Of a DNA stretch of 64,000 nucleotides, positions 39,411 to 51,540 are shown piece after piece (position 1 is the first letter of the stretch; the number at the start of each line of letters is the position of its first letter). The position numbers and the translations under genes were made by a program. Origin of the DNA: Octopus sinensis (taxonomy: Eukaryota). The notes beneath the pieces were generated by a model that was not told the origin of the DNA, did no database searches, and saw nothing but the letters and a program-made list of their open reading frames with translations. The stretch is taken from positions 29,884,001-29,948,000 of the forward strand of contig NC_043017.1 of assembly GCF_006345805.1 (NCBI RefSeq), read 5' to 3'.

Positions 39411-40559
39411 TGTGTGTTGCAGCATATTCCATAAGACTGCTACAAGTATTGGTTGCCATTTGTTTTTCAGCTTTTTCAACTCAACTCTGAGGAGACAAAT
39501 CTATCATCAAAGACGTTCCAGTCTTGACAATACCGTATTGATTTCAGCTTCAGTGGAACCAGTTCTACATTATCAAAAGGTTATCTTTTTTTAAAAAGAT
39601 TACGGTGTAATATTAGAGTATTAGACTGCCTTTCCTTGCAGGTCAAATGCCAAATAAAATCCCATATTCCAATCGCCTTCGTTTGCTTAAATATTTGAAT
39701 TTATGTGCAAAATGTTGGTCACAAGTTTGATCTAGATCCGTCATAGTGACTAAGTTTGCATGTACTGTGTAATTGCTTTAGTAGGTTTATAGAACTTTCG
39801 TCTCTACATATAACTCTGTCTCTCACTCTCTGTTTCTAACATACACACAGGCATATACGATTACAGATACACGCCTCCAAACGAATACGAACTTATTCTC
39901 ACTTCGATACATACAAGCACATATATTAGACTTCATTCAAGTAATACTAATCGAAGACAAGAGAAACTTGACGCAATACGAGCTGCTGAAAGACATGAAT
40001 TCGCCACAAATGTAATTCACAAGGACGCTATTATAGACACAGTGTATAATATACTATCATTCATTCATGTTAAGCATTGCTTGAAGTATTTCACTGAACA
40101 ACGAAGATGCTTCTTAAATAATACAAGCGAAAGGAAAGATAAAGGAATTTAACTGAGTTAGTAATTATTGTACGGTAGAAAACAAAAGGAACTGAGTGAA
40201 AGTACGAGATACATAGCATTGGAGGAGAAACGCTAGACTCGTTTACATGTCTAGTTTGAATCAGCTGAATAAGTTTAAAAGTGGAATGCACCATTTAGAT
40301 TATAAATCACAATGAATTTAATTTCGGCTCTTGAGAATGGTCGACCTAATCAGCAAATCATTGGTGGCTAGTGGTTTAAAATTCTCTTGAGTGATATTTG
40401 CCAGATATTTTGTATTCTGTATGTATTACTGAAAAGTGTGTATAACAGAAGACAAACGGCGAGTGGATGAAATTACAATGACCTCTCTCCAGTAATGGAA
40501 GTCGTGAGCGATCTGATTAGAAATCATATAGGATTGAAGAGAGATGGAGAATTTGAGAT

Positions 40560-40836
40560 GTGTGTGCATATATATGTATATATATGTATGTGTGTGTGTG
40601 TGTGTGTATACATAATTGTGTGTGCACGTGTGTTAGACCGTGAGTGTGTGTGTATGTTCCTAAAACTTATGGTGGCAGCTACAGTAAGCGCAGATGTAGG
40701 TCACTATATGTCTCGTCCATTTTGCTATAGATAATAATAATAACAGTTACCCCTACTACCATTAATAACGCTATTGGCCAATTGTTCACGTGGTTATATA
40801 TATATACATATGTCTGTGTGTGTGTATATATATATA

Positions 40837-40867
<31 letters not shown>

Positions 40868-40890
40868 TTGTGTGTGTGTATAAATGTGTG

Positions 40891-40927
<37 letters not shown>

Positions 40928-40936
40928 ATAAATGTG

Positions 40937-40970
<34 letters not shown>

Positions 40971-41004
40971 GTGTGTATAAATGTGTGTATATATATATAT
41001 ATAT

Positions 41005-41039
<35 letters not shown>

Positions 41040-41045
41040 ATTAAA
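40560..41045. repeat. Compound TG/TA microsatellite with repeated gtataaatgtg nodes
   Basis: Visible directly. Confidence 0.9.
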
Positions 41046-41451
41046 TATGAATTAGAGATAAAACCACTATTATGCAACTCAAGCATAATATATTATATTT
41101 ATACTGTGAAATTTGATTTAACAAATTGAATTTTTCCCTGTAAGTTTGGAGTTATACTCCCTAATATTATTATCATTATTATATATGTATGTATATATAT
41201 GTGTGTGTGTATATATGTTATATACACAGCACATGTAATACAGTCATCTTTGTAACACGATTTATTATAAATCTTATGCTCTCTATCAGCTTACCTTGAA
41301 TATGAAAATTGAGAGGAATTGGTATTATTCGAAGGGAGTGGGGGAGGGGGTAGAGCGATTAAGCGTAAAATCGAGATTTGCCAATAGAACACAGAATTAC
41401 ATAAATCGTGTTTGTTGGTTTATATGTGCAAAAAACAAATGCTTTTAAACA

Positions 41452-41560
41452 TAGCCGTGTGATGAGAAGTTTATTCCCACCCAATCGGCTCTATGTTCAA
41501 TCTCAGTGTACAGCATTCTAAGCAAGTATTTTGTATTATAGCTCTCAGCCGATTAATGAA
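41452..41560 (+). mobile_element. SINE-A head, strongly degenerate
   Basis: tagccgtgtgatgagaagttt...tatgttcaatctcagtg...aagcaagtattttgtattatagc. Confidence 0.5.
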
Positions 41561-41916
41561 TCAAAGACTCGTCACTTCACTCAATTTATCTTCTACGGAT
41601 TAAAAATATTAAAATATATATACTCTTTATTAAGTTTTATTTATTCTATTTGTTTTACCAAATCTACACACACAAACACACATACATACGGAAACACGCA
41701 CTCACAACCTACCACACATGCATACATAGACGTTCCCAAAATTCTGAAAGTGAGATTCTTATACGAATAGAGAACACATTAACTCAACTACATATTTGCA
41801 AACAGCAGGGACTCTCTTAAATCAAATACTTTTGTTGCTTTGTTCGCAGCCGGCTACAGCTCTTTCAAGAATTTAAATTAAACACACACAGACACACACA
41901 CACATAAATACATACA

Positions 41917-41953
<37 letters not shown>

Positions 41954-42207
41954 GGACCTTGAACCCACAAGAGTAAACAAGAGAGACAGAGAGAGGCAGA
42001 AACAAGGAAAATGCCACTTATATTTGAACACTATACAAATATTCTTTAAAAAAAAACTTTTCTTTTGATTTTTCTAAATTTAATTATTTAATAGTTAGAG
42101 TTGAAAAGGTCTCAAATGTCCGAAACCGATCAAATGTTCTTTATAAAATTATTTTAGCATTTGCTATCTTGACTTGTTTTTTCATATATATATATATATA
42201 TATACAT

Positions 42208-42400
42208 ACTCTTTTTCTTGTTTTAGTCATTTGACTGGGGCCATGCTGGAGCACCGCCTTTAATCGAGCAAATCGACCCCGGTACTTATTCTATAGGTCT
42301 CTTTTTGCCGAACCGCTAAGTGACGGGGACGTAAACACACCAGCATCGGTTGTCAAGCAATGCTAGGGGGACAAACACAGCAGACACACAAACACACACA

Positions 42401-42445
<45 letters not shown>

Positions 42446-42605
42446 ATATACGACGGGCTTCTTTCAGTTTCCGTCTACCAGATCCACTCACAAGGCTTTG
42501 GTCGGCCCGTGGCTATAGTAGAAGACACTTGCGCAAGGTGCCACGCAGTGGGACTGAACCCGGAACCATGTGGTTGCTAAACAAGCTACTTATCACACAG
42601 CCACA
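42208..42605 (-). mobile_element. SINE-A, near full length, with a 22-bp internal deletion
   Basis: Colinear with 28250-28687; lacks the segment between the two acttattct repeats. Confidence 0.92.
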
Positions 42606-43282
42606 TACACACAAATATAGATGCACACGGGCACATACAAACATATAATCTTCTCATATGTAATATAATTTATTCTAATAGCGTCTAACACAATTGTTCA
42701 AATTAGCGTTATTCCTAATTATTGCGATCCCACTAGTTCATTCGTCTTTATGTTATAGAACTAGTAAATATAGCTGGAATTGACGACTGCATTAGTATGA
42801 TGTTGACACATAAATTAAAGGGGACCCTCCGAAACATCGTACGAGATTTTCATTGTAGTAGTAACGGATACCTCCACCTTGCTATCATGATTCGAACAAC
42901 AATGAGAATAGAATCGATAAATAAATGAAAGAAATCTTTTAGGATTGCCGACATTAATATTTCTTCATTGAAGTCTTAGATGTTGAAAGACGAATCAATG
43001 CTAATAAATTCTCCAATGATTTCACAACCTTCTTTTATTGCGCTCAACATTACGTGCTGACGTGAGAGAATAGTACGTGGTTACTGGTACGGCTAGCAAT
43101 GGCAGCTAAATTTTCTTAGAATCACAGTATGCTACTTTATGAGTACTCAGTGATTTGTGGTTTATAGAATAAAACCGTATGGCATATTCATTGTTGAAAT
43201 ATCTCTGTAGATAATTTTACCACAACCAGTCCAATCCGGAATGTAACAGCAATCACGAGGGCGATGACAAGAACAACGAGCT

Positions 43283-43470
43283 GTGGAGGCACAATGGTCC
43301 AGTGGTTAGGGCAGCGGACTCGCGGTCGTAAGATCGCGGTTTCGATTCCCAGACCGGGCATTGTTAGTATTTATTGAGCAAAAGCACCTAAGCTCCACGA
43401 GGCGGGGGTTGGTGGTGAACCCAGATGTGCTCTTTCACCACAACTTTCTCTCACTCTTTATTCCTACTTT
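43283..43470 (+). mobile_element. SINE-E, tRNA-derived SINE (tRNA-Arg-like head)
   Basis: gtggaggcacaaTGGTCCAGTGGttagggcagcggacTCGcggtcgtaagatcgcGGTTTCGATTCCC: A and B boxes and an anticodon-like TCG, but no intact tRNA acceptor stem; 3' boundary uncertain. Confidence 0.75.
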
Positions 43471-43731
43471 TGCCACTATGGTGTGATAATACTTTCAGAC
43501 CCTGGTCTAGATTGTGAATCCTCTGTACCCAATGATGGTTCAGCTCGTCACCCGTTAAAAGCCATCGTTTACGGAATGGGAATAACAACGTAACTTTCGT
43601 GACCGTGCAATCGCCAATCTATCGCGTGTGGTGGGTGGATCTTCAACTTGCCACATGCATTTTAGTAGCTTGAATTAGAGATTATTCTTTGTGGCTAATG
43701 CGGTAGTCCTGATTGGAAGAAGAAGAAGAAA

Positions 43732-43826
43732 GACAAAGTCGGAATTTGAACTCAGAACGTAACGGCAGACGAAATACGGCTACGCATTTCACCCGGCGGG
43801 CTAACGTTTCTGCCAGCTCGGCCCTT
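43732..43826 (-). mobile_element. SINE-B 5' half
   Basis: ggaatttgaactcagaacgtaacggcagacgaaatac...gctaacgtttctgccagctcg. Confidence 0.85.
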
Positions 43827-44309
43827 ATTAATAACTACAACAACAATAATAATAATAGCCTGGATATCTTATATCGGATATATTTGTCAATGATAGCACC
43901 ATGCGGTCAATGTTGACATTAGATTGGCTAAACCAAAACGACTGCAATAACATCATCAGCAAGGAAAACAAAAGTTAACGTATAACAAAACCTGATAATG
44001 AATTCGTTTTTCTTTTACATCAAATGAACAGCAGCCAGTCGTAGTGGCATCGCTGCGGGTGAAAACATTTGAGATGAACAAACATCCTGAATACATTCTC
44101 TTCAAGTCTTTCGACGAAATCATTTGTTTTTCCTCGCGATTCATTATAATATCAATATTTTCAAATGTTAGTATAATGTAACAGGAGCACGGGGTTGAAT
44201 ATTATATCGGATCCTGTTACTAGCTAATGACGTTCATCGACACAGACGCTATGTGGCGCGACGCATTTAGTCTAGTGTGATATTAAAACGGTTAGGGTCT
44301 CGACCTGCT

Positions 44310-44329
44310 ATATAGAAAGATAGATATAC

Positions 44330-44360
<31 letters not shown>

Positions 44361-44645
44361 CAGATAGATAGATAGATAGATAGACAGATAGATAGATAGA
44401 CAGATAGATATATAGATAGATATATAGATAGGTAGATATATAGATAGGTAGATATATAGATAGGTAGATATATAGATAGGTAGATAGATAGATAGGTAGG
44501 TAGATAGATAGGTAGGTAAGTAGATAGATAGATAGGTAGATAGACAGACAGACAGATAGATAGATAGATAGATAGATAGATATATAGATAGACAGACAGA
44601 CAGACAGATAGGTAGGTAGACATATAGATAGATAGATAGATAATT
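44310..44645. repeat. (GATA)n/(GACA)/(GGTA) tetranucleotide satellite
   Basis: About 335 bp, visible directly. Confidence 0.95.
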
Positions 44646-44736
44646 AGTATAACAAATAGTTGGTCGCAATTTGCTGGAATTGATATGACAGCTCCATTTA
44701 TAAACAGTTAAACATATATGTATGTATTTATCTGGC

Positions 44737-44787
<51 letters not shown>

Positions 44788-45066
44788 GTTATTTAACTGC
44801 ATGATTCGACTGTATGTGACTTAAAATTTCGTCTCTTGAAAGACGGGCTTCTGTTAAAAACCCGCGAAGCATTCTCTGACATGGAACCAAATCAAACTGC
44901 TTTAAATCAGTTATGTAACTCCTACTAAATATGTTGATTGTCTATTCACTCATATACATACATACATACATACATACATACACAGATATATATGTATGTA
45001 TTGCTTAAAATGGTGAGACAGCAAAAGAAAGAAAGAGACCTCGATATTATGTAAATAGAGGAATTT

Positions 45067-45184
45067 ATCTGTAAATATAATATATGACAATCATTCGGTA
45101 GCCATGAAAAATTCCGAGTTTCCGCCCCGACGTCTGAGTTTTATCATGGCTATCGAATAATTGTCACATATTATATATACAGAT
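45067..45184. repeat. Imperfect ~45-bp inverted repeat (fold-back)
   Basis: Left arm atctgtaaatataatatatgacaatcattcggtagccatgaaaaa; reverse complement of the right arm atctgtatatataatatgtgacaattattcgatagccatgataaaa. Confidence 0.88.
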
Positions 45185-45214
45185 ATATATATATATATAT
45201 ATAAAGCATAATTT

Positions 45215-45400
45215 ATTCAAGATCTGACTTGCTCAAAACCCGATGTACAACTATTAATAAGACGCTCTCAGAGAAGGAAAGAAAGAGTAGTGGTTTTACG
45301 TTTCGAGCAAAGCTCTTCTTCTGAAACAGGAGACATAGTAACGTCCAAATGAAAAGGAAGGAGTAAGAAAAAATTCGCCAACAGTCCACGTGTAACTATA
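45215..45400 (-). mobile_element. Penelope-like terminal relic
   Basis: Minus strand: actgttggcgaatttttt...gtttcagaagaagagctttgctcgaaacgtaaaacc...gagagcgtc. Confidence 0.7.
45293..45327 (-). ncRNA. Minimal type-I hammerhead ribozyme motif (U4A variant)
   Basis: GUUU / C(A)GAAGA / A / GAGC-UUU-GCUC / GAAA / CGUA / AAAC. Confidence 0.65.
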
Positions 45401-45440
45401 TATGTATATATCCATATATATGCGTAGAGAAGAATCCATC

Positions 45441-45887
45441 TGTGTGAGCTTTAAAGCTGATTCTTATAGCTGACATGAAATGAAAAAGCCGGGTATTTGA
45501 ACACAAGTACGTGTTTTCAAAGGCTGCAGCACATCCTACACACAGAACACAAAACAAACAGTCTTGTCAGGGAGCAACTGAACAAAATTTGCTGACAGAA
45601 ACGAACCACACTTTTTTCACAGGCAAAACGACGAAATTTTATCCGGGACGGTCAATAATCTCGCTATAACTCCCTGTCCGAAATTTATTCTTCTGGAAAC
45701 AGACGTAGAAGGAGGATTGAGGGGCAGAGAGAGAAAATTCTGGGTTGATAATATCAAGAACTGGACGCACTATAGCACTGTGAACCTCCTACAGATGATA
45801 GAGAACAGAGACCAGTGGCCACGTCTGATATTGAAAGACCCTATTGTGTCGTCCCAAAGTCTGGCTTCATTAGTTAAAAGACTTTGA
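45441..45887 (+). pseudogene. RTE-clade LINE ORF C-terminal (post-RT) relic, frameshifted
   Basis: Translated pieces LIADMK, FEHK, EHKTNSLVREQ, AKRR, RYNSLS, then an open stretch 45687-45887 ILLETDVEGGLRGRERKFWVDNIKNWT...NRDQWPRL, matching the RTE pattern EHKTN/KRRKL/EGxRxRGRxRKxWxDNIKxWT/NRxxWRxL. Confidence 0.85.
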
Positions 45888-46624
45888 GAATTATATGTGC
45901 TTGTGCTTGTGTGTGTGTATATATGTGTATGTTTGCCTCTGTGTGCACGCGCGTGTGTATATAATAATATGTTATTCTAAGTGTGATTTGACTGCTATTT
46001 CGAAAATATCGATAGACTGTACAGAGACTCCTTATATGTTTAGTGTTAAATAGCTACGCTGTTTTACAGATAATGCATCGTATTAGGGAACTGATGTAGA
46101 AGAAGCTTATGAAATAAACATATAAATTAATTCATAAAGACTTCATTAATTATCTCGCCCAATGATAACTTCCGTTCCGAATAGTGCTTGAATAACGAGC
46201 CTTTGCTAATTAGCTAATATATTTTAAAGGAAAGTGAGGTTCTATTTACAACAAACGAATACGTATGTACGTGTGTTTTAAGTCTGTGTACGACATATGT
46301 ACTAATGAGAATCTTGTACGCCGTCTTTCAACGTATCTTCATCGTATCTTCAACTACCGTTAAAAAATAGACTCATACAACACGTAATTTGATGAACGCT
46401 AATTCTTCGAAAAAATAATGACGGACATAACAGGAAGGCCTTTATTCACCGGTCCACTTGTTAAGGATTGCGCCAGGGTTAAACAAATGTTTACGTTAAT
46501 GTCGACGTCAGTATAATCGCTTTAAATCGTAAGCATTTGTGCTCTGTAAATGCATGCGAAATTCATGTCGAAAAACCCTCTTTTTTTTGGGTATTTATCA
46601 CCAAGAATTGTTTGAAAAAACTAA

Positions 46625-46726
46625 GTTATATATGTATATATATATGTGTGTGTGTGTAAGTATATATACTTATATATGTGTGTGTGTGTGTATGTGTTTG
46701 TGTATATACATATATATATATATGTG

Positions 46727-46759
<33 letters not shown>

Positions 46760-46770
46760 ATGCGTTTGTG

Positions 46771-46815
<45 letters not shown>

Positions 46816-46920
46816 ATGTATATATACATATACATGTGTGTATGCGTTTGTGTATATCTATGTATATATATATATACATATATATATACATGTGCGTGTA
46901 TGCGTTTGTGTATATGTATG

Positions 46921-46953
<33 letters not shown>

Positions 46954-46990
46954 ATCTCTCTCTCTCTCTCTAAATGTATATGTTTGTGTG
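46625..46990. repeat. Compound TA/TG/CT microsatellite preceding a SINE-A tail
   Basis: Visible directly. Confidence 0.9.
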
Positions 46991-46991
46991 T

Positions 46992-47195
46992 ATGTTTGTC
47001 CTGCCACCATCACTTGACAACCGATGTTGGTGTGTATACGTCAAACAAACTTAGTGGTTCGGCGAAAGTGACCGATATATTAAGTACTAAGCTTACAAAG
47101 AATAAGTCCTATGGGTGATTTCCTCGACTAAAAAAAAACCTTTAAAGCGGTGCTCCAGCATAGCCGCAGCCAAATAACTGAATCAAATCAAAGAC
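46992..47195 (+). mobile_element. SINE-A 3' module (head absent)
   Basis: cttgacaaccgatgttggtgtg...aagtactaagcttacaaagaataagtcc...gcggtgctccagcatagccgcagcc. Confidence 0.85.
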
Positions 47196-47351
47196 TGAAA
47201 GAAGGAACAGGTCAATACCTCAATTTCCAAAAAAAAAATATTGTAGGCAATTCTCACCGAAATTACAACGAACCGTCTTCAAATCAGTCAATAAATAAAA
47301 TGGAAGAATAAATTGCATAATGTAGTGCAAGATACACTGTACCTTAAAATT

Positions 47352-47460
47352 AGATGGCATGGCTATGGCCTATAAATATTTTATCATAGGACTGCTCAGT
47401 CAGGAGTGACCTAGAGTTATACAAGAACAACAAGAACAACAACGAAAGCAACAACAACGC
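47352..47460 (+). mobile_element. Family-D 3' end with (CAA)n tail
   Basis: gatggcatggctatgg...atcataggactgctcagtcaggagtgacctag then acaagaacaacaagaacaacaac. Confidence 0.5.
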
Positions 47461-48269
47461 CGACTGGTTCACTCTAGGGTACAGTTTAAACCAATTCTCT
47501 CTCCTCACTTCGTTCGTTATGATTGACTGCACTACAAAGATCAATAAACATACTTGAATAATGATTAAAAATGAATCGTCTCATTAACCGTTCTGGAGAT
47601 CAAATTCACTATTTGTAAATTGCAAGTCTCAATTTCCTCTCTTTGCTTGCTCTACCATTTTTTCTCATGGGACTGTAATCTCTACTAAACTTTTAACAAT
47701 TCCAGCTTCAACAATTATTTCCACTGTGAAAGTGAACATAAATTCGATCAAGTTACTCTCTAAAGTGAAAGTGAAAGTAAGAGACATAGAGACAAACATA
47801 CAGAGAGAAGAAGGGAAAGATAGAGAAGCAGAGGCAGAGACTGTGAGGGGTAGAGAGAGACAGAGAGAGAGAGAAAGGGTAATCAGACTGAGAGATGGAC
47901 AGGTGGACATACACATTGTGCACATACAGAGTTCTCAAGTGTATACACCCAGTTAAATATATTTGTGTGAGTATATGTCTGCATATGTGTAGGTGTTGGA
48001 GTATGGCGTGTGTTTTGAAGTGCTGTCACACGTATACGCACACACCAGACATATACACTGGTGTATACCTTGTAATTAAATCAATTCATGTTTTACAAAG
48101 TAATGTGTTTGTGCATACAAACACACACACACACATACACACGTGCTCGCACGTATACACATATTCATATACATGGACACACATATATAAACCTACTCAT
48201 GTGCTACGAGCTATACCTAACGGAATATATTTGTGCGCTTAGAATGTTTGTCCGCTATGTAATTATTAT

Positions 48270-48272
48270 TGC

Positions 48273-48310
<38 letters not shown>

Positions 48311-48344
48311 TAACAATAATAATAACAATAACAATAATAATAAC

Positions 48345-48379
<35 letters not shown>

Positions 48380-48675
48380 TAATAATAATAATAATAATGA
48401 TAACAATAATAATAACAATAACAATAATAATAACAATAACAATAATAATAATAATAATAACAATAACAATAATAACAACAATAACAATAATAATATAATA
48501 ATAATAATAATAATAATATAATAACAATAACAATAATAATAACAATAATAATAATAATAACAACAATAATAGTAATAATAATTATAATAATAATAATAAT
48601 AATAATGATAACAATAATGATGATCATCATTTTCATCATCATTATCATGAATATTATAATTATAATTATTATTAT
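48270..48675. repeat. (AAT)/(AAC) compound microsatellite
   Basis: About 400 bp, visible directly. Confidence 0.95.
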
Positions 48676-48679
48676 TTCT

Positions 48680-48860
48680 ATTGGAAGCACAAGGCCTGAC
48701 ATTTGGTGGTACCTATTCAATGGACCCCAGTGAGTAACTGGTATCTATCTAATCGACCCCGAAAGGATGAAAGGCAAAGTCGACTTCGAAGGGATTTGAA
48801 CACAACGTAAAGACGGGCGAAATACCGAGAGATGTGCTAAAGATTGTGTCAGCTCGCAGA
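48680..48860 (-). mobile_element. SINE-B
   Basis: gcacaaggcc...cgaccccgaaaggatgaaaggcaaagtcgac...gatttgaacacaacgtaaagacgggcgaaatac. Confidence 0.88.
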
Positions 48861-48979
48861 ATATTATTATTATTAATAATAATAATAATAATGATGATGA
48901 TGGTGGTGGTGGTGGTGATGATGGTGGTGGTGCTAATGATGATTATGATGATGATGAATATGATGATGATGATAATAGT

Positions 48980-49162
48980 TTCAAGGGCAGTAATTTCGGT
49001 GAAGTGGGTAGTTCGATTGCAACGACCCCACTAATCGATTGGTTCGTACTTTATCGATCTTGAATGGATGAAAGGCGAAGTCGATCGACCTCGGTAGGAC
49101 TTGAACTCATAACGTAAAGACGAACACAATGCCGTTAGTGTTTTTAGCGATCAACTCGGCAA
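48980..49162 (-). mobile_element. SINE-B, degenerate, in tandem with the previous copy
   Basis: tttatcgatcttgaatggatgaaaggcgaagtcga...cttgaactcataacgtaaagacg. Confidence 0.75.
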
Positions 49163-50304
49163 TACTGGCTGTAAGAACCTAGTTAACAAAGTTTTCAAAC
49201 AGTTGTAAGAAGCACAACTTTTAATCAGCTAACTTTAATATATATATATCTCTATTTACATGCTCTCACAAAATATCACACGTACACACACGTGTACACA
49301 CATACATATGCATGTTTCTGTGTGATACTGTGATTTGTGGTGGCATAAATATGTAGACAAAGCCGTGTATGTTATGTACGTCTAAACTAATATACAAATA
49401 TATGCGTGTGTGTGTGTGTGTGTGTGTGTAGTAACACTCGCACTTGCGAGTTTGTGTTTATCTATGTAGCATGTTCTATGGAGCTTAATAGATGTTAAGT
49501 TATCATGCTGCTTGGATGTCGACGTGATAAATTACCATTCCGTCTTCCCAAGAGCAACGTTTACAAATCCTTTGGCGGAACGAATACACTGGAACGAATT
49601 ACTCTATGCGGAGAGATATTTCGACGGACGCTGTCAAATATTTTCACAACTACTAAACAGCGACAAGTAAACCACTTGAGACGAGGAAAGAATAGATAAA
49701 ATGTAATAACGTAAAAGAATCCATTACACACGTAAACACACAGGAATAATCACTCCACTGCAGTTACACACTATTTAGACGTAGACAAAGCATTATTACC
49801 TGGAACAAATGCGAAGCGATTACAACCTACGAAAATCATTTTGTCACTTCTGAGCGAATTACAAATGTTTATTACTTGGTTGTCTAAACATAACAGTGTT
49901 GTCTGTCTTGAGTGGGGGTGGGTACTTACTGAAAGATATAATCATATACAATTTGAAGACTCGGGTTATACCAACGATAACACTAACTGAAGGAAGCTAG
50001 TCACCATGGGAGCCCTTGCTTAATAAGTTGTTGTTTAAGCATGTGTTGGCACAAATTGAGCAGTTCTTTGACAGGAGCTACCCAAGCGATAAGCAGTTCT
50101 TCTTATCTTTTCAGACATACTATAAACCGGGCTGCATTATACAATATTTATTTTCAAAAACCATTTCGGTGAATTGAGGAATACCTACAACAAAAACGCT
50201 CTCTTTCAGAATTTTACCCAGCTACAAATAACTATTGAGTCTATTCAAAGTCACACACAACCGTTATAAGATTGCGAATAACTTAAACCACATTGATTTG
50301 GTTA

Positions 50305-50400
50305 CTGTTGAAGTCATTGGATTGTAGACACGCTGGAGCATCGTCTTCAAGGATTCTAATCGAACAAACCAACTCCAGAATATTTCTATGGTGCTATTCA
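50305..50400 (-). mobile_element. SINE-A-like tail fragment, degenerate
   Basis: agtcattggattgtagacacgctggagcatcgtcttcaagg. Confidence 0.5.
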
Positions 50401-50535
50401 TTTCGTTCCATAGTTAAGGCTGTTTAAGCACAACACTCGCACACACAAGAATCCTGTCAGGAAGATTAATATTTCCTTAACATAATGGTGTTCCTTATTG
50501 GTTTGCTGGCAGAATAACCAGATATTGTACCAGAT

Positions 50536-50638
50536 AGGCGCAGGAGTGGTTCTGTGGTAAGTAGCTTGCTTACCAACCACATGGTTCCGGGTTCAGTGCC
50601 ACTACGTGGTACCTTGGGCAAATGTCTTCTACTATAGG
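50536..50638 (+). mobile_element. SINE-A head (3'-truncated)
   Basis: aggcgcaggagtggttctgtggtaagtagcttgcttaccaaccacatggttccgggttcagtg...cttgggcaaatgtcttctactatag. Confidence 0.9.
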
Positions 50639-51181
50639 GAGAATTTTTGGTTCCAGTTTTATGAATGCATTATGAACGACTCCAGTTATGAGGACTCGTC
50701 TGTAGGAAATTCTTGTTCCTGCCATTCCTGAATAATACAAAGAAATTAATCACAACCACCAATATTATCACCACCAGAATCAGCACCACCATCATCACCA
50801 TCAACACCGACACCACCATCACGATCACTACCATCAACACCCATAAAGGCAACACTAGGAGTAGTAATAGCAGCAGCAGCAAGAGCAGCAGTGGTGGTGG
50901 TTGTCGAAGTTGTAACAGTAGTAGCAGCAGTGGCCACAGCATTGTTGTCGGGCTTGCAATAATAAACGTTAATATAGCCACAAGATCAATAATGCTGGTA
51001 GCAATGATTGAGTGTCTCGCACTGGGAGATTGCATTCGATCAAATATATAACAAATGTTTACTTCAACGACTCATAATAGAACAAAGAAAGGTAATTTAA
51101 TTCCAAGACATATTTTGCCTAGTACACCTTTTGTAGTGCCAAAACTGTATTACTATTATTATCATTATTATTATTATTATT

Positions 51182-51540
51182 AGTATCGTTGGATGTCAAA
51201 TTAAATTCTTATATCTGTAAGTTCTGAGTTCAAATTCTGCTGAGACCTTGTGCCTATAAGAGAAATTATCATTGTTATTGTTATAATTATTCTGCCTGGA
51301 TCGTTAGCACCGTGGACGAAATACTTAGCGGCGTTTCATCTTTAGGTACCGAGTTCGGACTCCACCGCGATCAGCTTTGTCTTTCATCAATTCGGGGTCG
51401 ATAAAATAATTACCAGTTGAGCCCCACCCACCAAAATTCCGGCCTGTTGCCATAACAGAAAGAAATATTATTATCTAAGCTGCGAACGTGCAGAATAGTT
51501 TGTGAGTCGGGCAAAATAATTAGCGGAATTTTATTTGGTT
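51182..51540 (+). mobile_element. Cluster of three SINE-B pieces (51182-51268, 51291-51470, 51476-51540)
   Basis: gttctgagttcaaattctgc; atcgttagcaccgtggacgaaatacttagcggc...ttcggggtcgataaaataattaccagtt; gtgcagaatag..gggcaaaataattagcgg. Confidence 0.75.

Noticed and set aside
39642-39730. Strong plus-strand acceptor ctttccttgcAG followed by a 29-codon frame
   Set aside because: No good donor and no recognisable product.
28250-42605. Three same-strand SINE-A copies spaced about 7 kb apart, suggesting a tandem segmental duplication
   Set aside because: Flanks share no similarity and the copies carry different diagnostic variants, so they are independent insertions.
43283-43360. Possible tRNA-Arg gene (likewise the head at 26260-26335)
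   Set aside because: No pairing acceptor stem; the sequence continues into a SINE body.
47641-47790. Moderately complex open frame (HGTVISTKLLTIPAS...)
   Set aside because: Runs into a GA microsatellite, has no recognisable domain, and splice sites are unclear.
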